Of a stretch of 64,000 nucleotides of DNA, positions 8,737 to 18,500 are shown piece after piece. Where the stretch lies: IMG/VR virus record IMGVR_UViG_3300011339_000326. One strand, written 5' to 3'. The DNA comes from an uncultured virus (IMG/VR IMGVR_UViG_3300011339_000326) (lineage: Duplodnaviria; Heunggongvirae; Uroviricota; Caudoviricetes). Positions within the stretch are counted from its first letter, which is position 1. Each line of letters begins with the position of its first letter. A program made the translations under genes and the position numbers. Below the pieces are notes generated by a model. That model did no database searches. It was given only the letters and a program-made list of their open reading frames with translations, and was not told the origin of the DNA.

Positions 8737-8994
8737 ATGAGCCAGATGACCAACGAAGAAACCGACACCGCCCTCATTCTTGAGGGCGAACTGAAGCGCC
8801 GAGTGACTGAGGTGCTGGGTACTGTTGTTCACAAGGTTGTGAACAAGTCTATAGAAGCGCATTTTGCTCAACACAAATCCGCCATGATGCTGGAGATTAG
8901 CGTAGCAGTCGGTAAGATGCTGCGTTCAATTGAAGAAGATGGCCGCAAACCCCTGTGGGAAAATGACAAAATATCAGCAATCACAAAGGACTAA
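8737..8994 (+). CDS. Hypothetical protein
   Basis: AGGAG SD before ATG 8737. Confidence 0.65.
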   Translation: MSQMTNEETDTALILEGELKRRVTEVLGTVVHKVVNKSIEAHFAQHKSAMMLEISVAVGKMLRSIEEDGRKPLWENDKISAITKD

Positions 8995-8996
8995 CC

Positions 8997-9275
8997 ATGC
9001 CTTACGTAAACAAAAAACGCCCGTACAAAAAAGAGTACCGGCAGCAAGTTGAGCGGGGCGAACTGCCCGCACGGATGGAACGACAGCGTGCGCGAAACGA
9101 GATGGACGCTAAGGGTATTGACCGCACAGGTAAGGACATTGACCACGTGACTCCCCTGAGCAAGGGTGGCACCAATGCGCCGAGCAACTTGAAGTTGGAG
9201 AGCCCAAGTGCCAACCGTTCCTTTAGTCGTAACTCAGACCATACCGTCAAGGTCAACAAACCAAAGAAAAAATGA
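8997..9275 (+). CDS. Small HNH endonuclease
   Basis: DIDHVTPLSKGG.N..SNL...S.NRS. Confidence 0.85.
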   Translation: MPYVNKKRPYKKEYRQQVERGELPARMERQRARNEMDAKGIDRTGKDIDHVTPLSKGGTNAPSNLKLESPSANRSFSRNSDHTVKVNKPKKK

Positions 9276-10660
9276 ATCTATCAGAATATGAATGGCCGCG
9301 ACCACATGGGCTTGAGCCATTCGACCACCAAAAGGTCACATCAGAGTTTTTGATTTCCAACCGCAAGGCGTTTTGCTTTAACGAGCAGGGTACCGGCAAG
9401 ACTGCATCGGTCATATGGGCGGTTGACTACCTAATGAGCGTCAGAGCGGTTAGACGGGTGTTAGTGATATGCCCCCTGTCCATCATGCGTGCTGCATGGC
9501 AGAACGACCTGTTCAAGTTTGCGATCCATAGAACCGTCGCCGTCGCTTACGGTAGCGCAGCAAAGCGCAAGGAGATCATCAACAGCGGTGCCGAGTTCGT
9601 TGTGATCAACTTTGACGGGGTTGCGATTGTCAAGAAGGAACTGCTGGCTGGTGGGTTTGACCTCATCGTCGTTGATGAAGCGTCGGCGTATAAGAATGCA
9701 CAGACGGACAGATGGAAAGCACTGCGGGACCTCAACAAGGTCATCAAAGGGCTGTGGATGCTTACTGGTACGCCAGCAGCACAATCTCCCGCCGACGCTT
9801 ACGGCCTAGCTAAGCTGATCAACCCCACAGCCGTGTCGCCGTTCTTTGGGCAGTTCAAAGATACGGTGATGACCAAGGTAAGCATGTACCGCTGGTTGCC
9901 TAAGCCGAACGCACAAGCTACGGTGCACAAGATACTGCAGCCAGCGATACGGTTCGAGAAAGCCCAGTGCCTTGATCTACCTCCGGTTACCTTCATAGAC
10001 AGAGACGCACCGCTCAGCGCACAGCAGCAGAAGTTCTACAACATCTTGCGAAAGCAGATGCTCATCGAGGCCGCAGGGGAAGAGATCACTGCAGTCAACG
10101 CCGCCGTGCAGGTCAGCAAGCTACTACAGATTGCATGCGGGTCGGTGTACACGGATACCCATGAGGTGATCGAGTTCGACGTAAGCAATCGGCTGAACGT
10201 GGTGCAGGAGATCATCGACGAGACCAGCAACAAAGTCCTCGTGTTCGTTCCGTTTACACATACTATCGACCTGTTAAAAAAACACCTCGAAAACCAACAT
10301 ATCATGTGCGAGGTCATCAACGGTTCCGTCAGCCTGAACCAGCGCAGCGACATCGTTAAGAGCTTCCAAGAGCAGCCGACCATCAAGGTGCTCATCATCC
10401 AGCCCCAAGCTGCATCCCACGGGTTAACCCTAACCGCCGCCGACACCATCATCTGGTACGCTCCCTGCACCAGCGTAGAGACATACCTGCAAGCCAACGC
10501 ACGTATTGACCGACCCGGCCAGAAGAACAACATGACCATCGTACATATCTCAGGAAGTCCCGTGGAAGCTAAGGTCTACTCTTTGCTGCGCAGCAACATC
10601 GGCAACCACCAAAAAATCATTGACCTGTACCGTCAAGAAATTTCTTCAGAAATCGTTTGA
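9272..10660 (+). CDS. SNF2-family helicase
   Basis: QGTGKT, VDEA, LTGTP, HGLTLT, QANARIDRPGQ. Confidence 0.92.
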   Translation: MNLSEYEWPRPHGLEPFDHQKVTSEFLISNRKAFCFNEQGTGKTASVIWAVDYLMSVRAVRRVLVICPLSIMRAAWQNDLFKFAIHRTVAVAYGSAAKRKEIINSGAEFVVINFDGVAIVKKELLAGGFDLIVVDEASAYKNAQTDRWKALRDLNKVIKGLWMLTGTPAAQSPADAYGLAKLINPTAVSPFFGQFKDTVMTKVSMYRWLPKPNAQATVHKILQPAIRFEKAQCLDLPPVTFIDRDAPLSAQQQKFYNILRKQMLIEAAGEEITAVNAAVQVSKLLQIACGSVYTDTHEVIEFDVSNRLNVVQEIIDETSNKVLVFVPFTHTIDLLKKHLENQHIMCEVINGSVSLNQRSDIVKSFQEQPTIKVLIIQPQAASHGLTLTAADTIIWYAPCTSVETYLQANARIDRPGQKNNMTIVHISGSPVEAKVYSLLRSNIGNHQKIIDLYRQEISSEIV

Positions 10661-10684
10661 CAATGTACAACCCTGTGATATAGT
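10657..10684 (+). promoter_or_regulatory. Sigma70-type promoter
   Basis: TTGACA-16 bp-TATAGT with extended TGn. Confidence 0.7.
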
Positions 10685-10795
10685 TCTTTTTGTGGGGAAA
10701 ACGGGGGACGCCTCGCTCTCTACCAATAAACTGGTGCCGTTCACAAGGAGAGCACCGTTAGTACCCACACCTTCATTAACCATTAGGAGTATTAG

Positions 10796-11218
10796 ATGAC
10801 TGAAGAAACTTCAGAGGGTAAGAGTTCCCCAAATTTAGACATGCTGGCGAACGTCTACATCAAGATTCGTGACGCCCGGACTGCGCTCAAAACGGAGTTC
10901 ACTACGCAGGACTCAGTTCTACAAGAGCAGATGGACCTGTTAGAAGCCAACATGCTCGATGCGTGCAAAGACCTGAATGCAAGCAGCATCAAAACCCAAC
11001 ACGGCACAATCATTCGCTCGGTCAAGTCACGGTACTGGACGAACGATTGGGATTCGATGTACACCTTCATCAAGGAGCAAGGTGCATTTGGCCTGTTAGA
11101 GAAACGACTTCACCAGACAAACATGAAGGAGTTTCTTGTTGAGAATCCTGACCTTCTGCCTATGGGCCTGAATGTCGAGAGTGAGTACACCGTGGTAGTT
11201 AGACGCCCAAAACCCTGA
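10796..11218 (+). CDS. Conserved phage replication-module protein (coiled coil, DWDS.Y.FI)
   Basis: AGGAG SD; motif pattern typical of genes preceding SSB-like genes. Confidence 0.75.
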   Translation: MTEETSEGKSSPNLDMLANVYIKIRDARTALKTEFTTQDSVLQEQMDLLEANMLDACKDLNASSIKTQHGTIIRSVKSRYWTNDWDSMYTFIKEQGAFGLLEKRLHQTNMKEFLVENPDLLPMGLNVESEYTVVVRRPKP

Positions 11219-11227
11219 AAGAACCAA

Positions 11228-12187
11228 ATGAGCAACATTACAGTTATTGACCAAGACCTCCCCGACTTCCTGCAAGCCTCGGGCATCAGCGAACTTACCA
11301 AGTCCCTTATGGGCAACACAGGCACGAAGCGTATCGTGCCTAAGAACGGCATCTTCCGTAAGGAGATTAGTGGCAAGGAGATGGGCAAGGTCAAGGGTGA
11401 CCTGAACGTCATCATCGTCAACTCATCCCCCAAGGTCGGGCGCATCTTTTACGCAGCACAGTGGACCCCCGACGCTAAGCCGGTGCCCCCTGATTGCTTC
11501 TCCAACGACGGCAATGTCCCCGACGCTGGGTCTGCGAACAAACAGGCTGATCGCTGCGACTCATGCCCCCAGAACATCAAAGGTTCAGGCATGGGTAACT
11601 CGAAGGCTTGCCGATACTCCCGCCGCATCGCCGTGCTGTTGGAAGACGACTTTGGCACCGCACTTGAGGGTGAGGTCTATCAGATGAACTTGGCATCCAA
11701 GTCTCTGTTCGGTGAGAGCCCATCTGCTACTGAGCACGTATTTGAGAGCTACGTCAAGTATCTGGGCAACAACGGCAAGAGCCTTGACTGGTACATCACC
11801 AAGTTGAGTTTCAATGAGAACAACGACAACCAGTCGATCCTGTTTTCTGCTGTGGAGCACATCAAGCGCCATCACTACGATGTGATTACCAAGGTGGGCA
11901 ACACCCCCGAGGTGCAGAAGCTGGTGACTATGACGCCGTTCCAAGCGCAGACAGACGGGGCTGCTAAATTGGAGGCTCCTAAGCCGGTGCAAGACAAAGT
12001 GACCGGCACTAGCCCCGCAGCAAATACTGAGTTGGCGTACGCTGCTAGCAAAGGTCGGGAGCGCGTTGCGGAAGTCGAAGAAGTCGCTGAGCCGGTCAAG
12101 CGAGAGAGCAAGAAGGTGGAAGTCCCCACCCCTGTGGCTAAGCGAGACTTGAACTCCGTGCTCGCTGCATGGAGTGACGAGGAGTAA
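11228..12187 (+). CDS. Putative ssDNA-binding/annealing protein
   Basis: PDCFSNDG, CDSCPQNIKGS...KACR; acidic WSDEE tail; replication context. Confidence 0.6.
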   Translation: MSNITVIDQDLPDFLQASGISELTKSLMGNTGTKRIVPKNGIFRKEISGKEMGKVKGDLNVIIVNSSPKVGRIFYAAQWTPDAKPVPPDCFSNDGNVPDAGSANKQADRCDSCPQNIKGSGMGNSKACRYSRRIAVLLEDDFGTALEGEVYQMNLASKSLFGESPSATEHVFESYVKYLGNNGKSLDWYITKLSFNENNDNQSILFSAVEHIKRHHYDVITKVGNTPEVQKLVTMTPFQAQTDGAAKLEAPKPVQDKVTGTSPAANTELAYAASKGRERVAEVEEVAEPVKRESKKVEVPTPVAKRDLNSVLAAWSDEE

Positions 12188-12190
12188 TCT

Positions 12191-12430
12191 ATGAGCTACG
12201 GATACAGCCAGCGGCTAGTCGATGCAAACAACAATGCAGACATTAGTTCGCGTGGCGTGTATCTGGGTAGTCGTTGCATAAAGCTCGGCATCTCGGTCAG
12301 TGAAGTAGCGGACAGGCTCGGCGTAAGTCGGGCCACCGTCTACAACTGGTTCTGGGGGTCAGTGACTCCCAGCGCTAGCCACACCGCCAAGATTAACAAG
12401 TATCTGCACGCACTCAGAAACCACAAGTAA
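12191..12430 (+). CDS. Cro/XRE-like helix-turn-helix protein
   Basis: ISVSEVADRLGVSRATVYNWFWG. Confidence 0.85.
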   Translation: MSYGYSQRLVDANNNADISSRGVYLGSRCIKLGISVSEVADRLGVSRATVYNWFWGSVTPSASHTAKINKYLHALRNHK

Positions 12431-12440
12431 CACGACAACT

Positions 12441-15287
12441 ATGTCCGACTTTGACCTACTCGCTGCAGTGCTACCCACAGAAGGGCGCTACTGTGTGATG
12501 GGGATTGGGCGGTACCCAGACCAGAAGTTTGTAGATACTAGAGAAGAACTTGATACCATAGCCGGGCAGTTTGTAGCCAAGGGTGTGGATGCGTATTTTG
12601 GTTGCGCCAAATACGGCCCCCTGAACAACCGCACACACGCCAACGCCACGTACTTCCGCGCACTATGGATGGATATCGACTGCGGCCCCACGAAGGCAGC
12701 ACCAGATGAGAAGGGCGTTATCAAGGGTTACATCGACCAAGCAACAGGGCTTAGCGAATTCCAAAAGTTTTGCACATCTGTCGGTTTGCCAAGACCTATC
12801 CTAGTGAGTTCCGGTTATGGAATTCACGCCTACTGGCTACTTAAAGAGACGGTCTCCCGTGCAGAATGGGAACCACTTGCCGAACGACTCCGAGAGCTTT
12901 GCATTGAGCAGAGTTTCATCGTGGACCCGTCGGTGTTTGAAGCATCGCGCATACTGCGCATACCCGGCACGTTCAACTTTAAGCAGAGCGAGCCACAACC
13001 CGTAGAGGTGATCAACGAACGCAGTGCACGTATAGAGTACGCACAACTGAAAGAGATACTAGGGGCAGCAGAGCCCAAGGAAGAGCGGCCTGATTTTATC
13101 CCCCGTGCTATGAGCCCCATGATGGAAGCTCTGATGGGCAACAAGATCAAGCGGTTCAAGACCATCATGATGAAGTCGGCTAACGGCACGGGCTGTAACC
13201 AGCTACTGCACTGCTTTGAGCACCAAGCAGACGTAGACGAGCCATTGTGGAGGTCAGCGTTATCCATCGCCGCATTTTGCATTGACAAGGACAAGGCAGC
13301 ACACAAGCTATCGAACAATCATCCGGGCTATGACCCTGATGAGGTAGAGCGCAAGGTGGAGCAGATCGTGAAGCATGGGGGTCCACACCGTTGCACCACG
13401 TTTGAGAAGTTGAACCCAGCAGGGTGCACCGACTGTCAGCACAAAGGGAAGATCAAGTCCCCCATCGTGCTCGGTGTTGAGATAGAGGAGGCTGATGACG
13501 CCGACAACGAGGTGACCGTAGAGACCAAGGAGGGGGTGGAGACTGTAACCATACCTGAGTATCCGTTTCCATTTTTCCGAGGTAAGAACGGTGGTGTCTA
13601 CAGGAAGCCGATGGAAGACGAGGCAGACCCTGAGATGGTCTATGAGCACGACTTGTACGTAGTGAAGCGCATGCGGGACCCCGGATTAGGCGAAGTCATC
13701 CTATTTCGCTTACACCTACCGCATGACGGCGTTAGAGAGTTTGCAATATCGACAGCAGCCATATCGTCCAAGGACGAGTTGCGTAAGGCACTAGCCCAGC
13801 AAGGTGTGATGGCACACCACAAGCAGTATGAGAACTTGGCCGTGTACGTGGTCACGTTCATCAAGAACCTACAGTATTCAAAGAAAGCAGACATTATGAG
13901 AACACAATTCGGATGGGTAGAGGGTGACAGCAAGTTCATCATGGGTGACCGAGAGATCACTAAGGACGGGGTGTTCTACAGCCCGCCGACAACAGCCACA
14001 GAGTTCTTTGCAGAGAAGATTCACCCCAAGGGTACCTTTGACAAGTGGAAGGAAGTGTTCAATCTATACGCTCGGCCCGGTATGGAGCCCCATGCGTTTG
14101 CAGCACTCACAGCATTTGGTTCGCCGCTTATGCCGTTCACTGGTTTGGACGGGGCGATCATCAACGTGATCTATGAAGAGGCTGGCTCTGGTAAGTCCAC
14201 CATCTTGCGTATGTGCAATAGTGTGTACGGCCAACCCAAGGAGTTGATGGCGATTGAGAAGGACACGTTTAACGCAAAGATGCAGCAGCTAGGCGTAATG
14301 AACAACCTACCCAATACCGTAGACGAGATTACCAACATGCGCCCTATGGACTTCTCGGACTTTGCGTATGGCATCAGTCATGGTCGAGGCAAGAACCGTA
14401 TGACCGGCTCAACCAACGCACTGCGCCTTAACAACACCTCATGGAAAAACATGACACTAGCGTCGGCTAACGCTAGTTTCCACGAGAAGCTGTCGATGCT
14501 CAAGAACACGCCCGACGGTGAGTCCGTGCGCTTGATGGAGTACAAGATTGAACCCAACAACGTGATTGGTGTGGCTCTGGGTAAGGAGATGTTTGATCAC
14601 CAACTCAATGAGAACTACGGCCATGCAGGTGAGATATACATAAGCTGGTTGGTCAACAACTTGGAGGAGGCCAAGGAGCTAGTCAGGAAGGTTCAGGCCC
14701 GCATCGACAAGGAGGTGCAGTTCACTAGCCGAGAGCGTTTCTGGTCGGCACAGGCAGCATGCAACATCGCTGGTGGTTTGATAGCTAGGCAGCTAGGACT
14801 GCACGACTACGATATGGCCGCTGTGTACGCATGGCTTAAAGGCATGTTGTCTGAGATGCGCCATGATGTGAAGCCACCGACTATCAATCCAGCGTCTGCA
14901 CTCGGCGAGTTCATCAACTCCCACATCCTCAACACGCTGGTGGTCAACGGCGAAGTGGATGCTCGAAGCAACTTGGTATCTATGCCGAGCCTAGAGCCAC
15001 GTGGGGAGCTACTGATACGCTACGAGCCAGATACCAAGCACCTGTACATTTCCGCTAAGAAGTTCAAAGACTTCTGCGTAGAGCGGCAAGTGAATTACAA
15101 GAACCTGCTAACCAAGCTCACCGAAACAAAGGTGTTCATGGAAGCCACGAACAAGCGGATGTCGAAGGGGATGAAGGTCGTATCACCTGCAGTGCGCGTC
15201 CTCAAGTTCAACGCAGCTAACTCCGAGTTCCTGCAAGTAGATGCACTGTTGGCAAATGAAGATCGAGACAGTCTCTTACCAGCTTAA
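12441..15287 (+). CDS. Primase-helicase (AEP/RepB-like primase, Cys cluster, DUF927-like region, P-loop ATPase)
   Basis: WMDID, SSGYGIHAYW, RILRIPGT.N; Walker A AGSGKST; Walker B VDE. Confidence 0.85.
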   Translation: MSDFDLLAAVLPTEGRYCVMGIGRYPDQKFVDTREELDTIAGQFVAKGVDAYFGCAKYGPLNNRTHANATYFRALWMDIDCGPTKAAPDEKGVIKGYIDQATGLSEFQKFCTSVGLPRPILVSSGYGIHAYWLLKETVSRAEWEPLAERLRELCIEQSFIVDPSVFEASRILRIPGTFNFKQSEPQPVEVINERSARIEYAQLKEILGAAEPKEERPDFIPRAMSPMMEALMGNKIKRFKTIMMKSANGTGCNQLLHCFEHQADVDEPLWRSALSIAAFCIDKDKAAHKLSNNHPGYDPDEVERKVEQIVKHGGPHRCTTFEKLNPAGCTDCQHKGKIKSPIVLGVEIEEADDADNEVTVETKEGVETVTIPEYPFPFFRGKNGGVYRKPMEDEADPEMVYEHDLYVVKRMRDPGLGEVILFRLHLPHDGVREFAISTAAISSKDELRKALAQQGVMAHHKQYENLAVYVVTFIKNLQYSKKADIMRTQFGWVEGDSKFIMGDREITKDGVFYSPPTTATEFFAEKIHPKGTFDKWKEVFNLYARPGMEPHAFAALTAFGSPLMPFTGLDGAIINVIYEEAGSGKSTILRMCNSVYGQPKELMAIEKDTFNAKMQQLGVMNNLPNTVDEITNMRPMDFSDFAYGISHGRGKNRMTGSTNALRLNNTSWKNMTLASANASFHEKLSMLKNTPDGESVRLMEYKIEPNNVIGVALGKEMFDHQLNENYGHAGEIYISWLVNNLEEAKELVRKVQARIDKEVQFTSRERFWSAQAACNIAGGLIARQLGLHDYDMAAVYAWLKGMLSEMRHDVKPPTINPASALGEFINSHILNTLVVNGEVDARSNLVSMPSLEPRGELLIRYEPDTKHLYISAKKFKDFCVERQVNYKNLLTKLTETKVFMEATNKRMSKGMKVVSPAVRVLKFNAANSEFLQVDALLANEDRDSLLPA

Positions 15288-15450
15288 TTGGTCAAAGTTT
15301 CGTAAGGGGTACTCGTTCTTTGTACCCTGCATCGACCACCGCGCAGCCAAGAAATCTGTACTCACCGTAACCGAGCGGCTAAAGATGGATGTCGTGATAA
15401 AAGTTGTGATTGAAGATGGCATAAAGGGGCTGCGCATCTGGAGGGTTTGA
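15256..15450 (+). CDS. Small hypothetical protein (GYSFFVPC...GLRIWRV)
   Basis: Overlaps the primase end; common phage motif. Confidence 0.65.
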   Translation: MKIETVSYQLNWSKFRKGYSFFVPCIDHRAAKKSVLTVTERLKMDVVIKVVIEDGIKGLRIWRV

Positions 15451-15501
15451 TGTACACTAGGCTTTTGTTGGTGCCTTCTCCTGTGGCGGCAACCCCGCCT
15501 T

Positions 15502-15529
15502 ACCCCCGGTCTTCACCGGGGGTTTTTTT
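15502..15529 (+). terminator. Rho-independent terminator at the convergence of the two arms
   Basis: ACCCCCGGT-CTTC-ACCGGGGGT followed by a T run. Confidence 0.9.
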
Positions 15530-18500
15530 ATGGCTTGGCTTCTTTCTTGTCGTAGGACTCTAGGGCTTCGATAGCACTATCTACCGCGTCGCCTACTATG
15601 GATACGTTTTTGGGGCTAACTCGTACACCAGCATTTTTCTCAAGGTCAGCTTTTATTTTCTTATCCGCAGCTATTAGGGCAGATATAGCACCCGGTTCAA
15701 ACTTGTACTTGGGGTACGCAACATTAAAATCCCTTAGTTTATCTACTGCTTCGTCAAACTTATCGTCAAATCTCTGGCGGTAGCTTTCAGGTTTGGACAA
15801 GTCCATAGATTTGCGGAAGCTATCTTTGATCTCTGCGGCAATCTTGTTTTTGTTTTCTTCGATGGTTTTTACAGCAGCGGAGGCTTTGAACCCACGCTCT
15901 TGCGCCTCAGCAGCTTTAGCTGGACGGAAACCAAGAGCCTGACCCGCAATTGCAGAAGCAGGGAGTTTGCCCTTTTCAAGCAGTTTGACTCCTCGCGTAT
16001 CCTCTACACCCTCAGTCGCGTATCTATTCGCAATCAATAGCTTACTTATGGAAGCAGGGAGAATCTTCTCCAAGGCAAGTTCATACTCACCATTGATGCC
16101 CAACTGCACACCCTTAGCAATATCTAGCGCGGTGCTAGCTCCAGCACCAGCTAACACCCAAGCTAGATTCATAGCTGTCTCGGAAAGATTTTTGCTGTGC
16201 GGCAACTCACGGAACCACATATCGTTGAGCGATATACGACTAGAGATATCCCAACCAGTCAATTTGTTGAGCACTCCAGTTTTGAGCAAGTCGGCAATAT
16301 GCGTGCTACCGAACACCTTATCCATATAGACGCTTTTCCACCAAGTCAGATAGTCCACGTCTTTCATTTCGGCTGGAGCGTCTGGGTCTTTACCCCACTT
16401 AGCCCATGCAGCACCGATGATAGACATGACTACGCCAAACAACGGCAGTGCGGTGAGACCACCGGCAAGTAGGTGAGTGCCCATAATGCCAAAAAACTTA
16501 GTTGCCGCAGCAACTTTGCCTTCCTTGTTCATAAGGGGCAACATACGAAAGAAGTTATTGACTAGCAGCTTGGTCGTAATCAACGGGAAAAACTTGTACA
16601 TGGTGACTAGCTTCCCGCCAGCACCACGCATAATCATTGGCTTGCCGTATGCAGCATAGTTGCCGAGGGCTTCTGTTACTTCCTGTACCGCGCTATGCAC
16701 AGCTTCCGCATGGGGTAAACCTTCACCCCGGTATAGATCGTATGAAGTAAGAAACATCACCTCTCGTGACAAGCGCTCACCGTGGTGCATGAGTCCACCC
16801 ATGATAAGAGTGTTCGCTGCATCTTTGCTGTTCTCTACCCACTTGCTATCCAGCTTGCTACCTGTTTTCCTAGCCTGCGAAAATACTTCGTTAGCTAGCG
16901 TATCATTAGTGACACCGTACATGGCGTTCATGTCCCGCACAGCTTTGCGCTGCTCAGGTGTAAGCCCACGAGCAAACTCGATGCTAGGTGCACGCCATGT
17001 TGTAGTCCCATCGGCGTTCTTCTGCACAACACCGTACTGGTTCCATATTTTCATTCGTTGCGAAAGTACCGCAAGAGCCTTTGGGCCGTGGTTTCCAACA
17101 AGTATTGGTGTGCCTTTTAGCACAACGTCAGCAGGCTGCAGCATAGCCGAGGACCAGCTAGTTAGGTTCCGAATGAACGACACCTTAGTCACCATGTCTG
17201 TTATCTGCTCAGCACCTTGGGCAATTCCAGTTTTATTCGGAGGCTCAAGGTACTCGGCGACCATCTCTTTTGCACGGGTAACAAACGGCCTGTACTTTTC
17301 TTCCGGGCCAACCAACCCACGCTCTGCCGCTGCCAACGCTTGCCGAACAGGGGTGCCAAACTTGAGTTTGCTGTACGCTTTAGAGGCTTTTAAACCGTAA
17401 GAGTTTAGGTTTCGTAGCACATCAGAGCTAAAGCCTGCAGTACCTTCGCGGTGGATGAACATCTTACGGGTACTGCCTTCGGGCATAGAGGCTAAGTACG
17501 CTTGGTACAAGTTGTCCTTCATCGCTGCACGCACAGGTGTAGGGTCAATGGCATACCCGATTGGCGCTGCGTCTATGGCAGCGTACCCCGCCTTTAAGAG
17601 TTCACTGCTAGATTCAATCGACCTACGCAACTCCACACCGCCAACATCTTGGCTCTTAACGATGTACCCATCTTGTACCAACTCCTGCACATTCACACCT
17701 TGGCTATCGGCATAGTTCTGCGCAGCGCGTTCACGCTCAGCTTTGGTGTCAAAGCGCATCGACAAATAGTTTGCGCTACCCCGCTTGCCTATTTTTAAGA
17801 TGAAGTCACCGTGCCGCATGAGCGGAAAGTACGGCTCAATACGATTTTCTTTTTCGTATATTTCACGAATACCAGCAATCAACCTTTTGCGGTCAGCGTC
17901 GGGGATGTCTAACTTGTCAAGATTTTCAGTGACGAGGTGAACCTGAAGCTCATTCATCGCTTTGTAGTAGTCGCGCAGATCACGGTACAGTTGCTGCCCT
18001 TTCTCAGGTAGCGCTGCAAATGCGGTGTCTAGCGGTACATTTCGCGCCGTGTTTCCAACTTTAGCGGGGTCGTACTTAGCAAGGGTAGTTGTGTGCACCA
18101 AGTTTTCAAACGCAACCCGTGCATCGGGGTGGTCACGGTAAAAGCGCTTTGTTTGTTCTGCTATCTTAGAAGTGCTACGCAAAATGTTTTGCGTCATACC
18201 AGACATCTGCTGCATGATCTTAGCTACATCTTGCAGCGCAGGTATACGCTCACCGGGTCCACGGGCAATAGCATCTAGGTCGAAGAAGTTAGATATTCTG
18301 CTACGGGCGCTATCGTTCATCCCATCCCAAGCACCACTCAATGCTCTCCATATCTGGATTGGATCACGCAGTGCAGCTTGAATAGATACCGCCTTGCCTA
18401 GCTCTTCACCAGCGCGGCTATTAGCAGTAGTTTTTGCTGCTTTAGAGGCATCCTTGTCTAGCTGTTCAGCTTCTTCCTCGGGGGTCAGTGCAGCCTTGGA

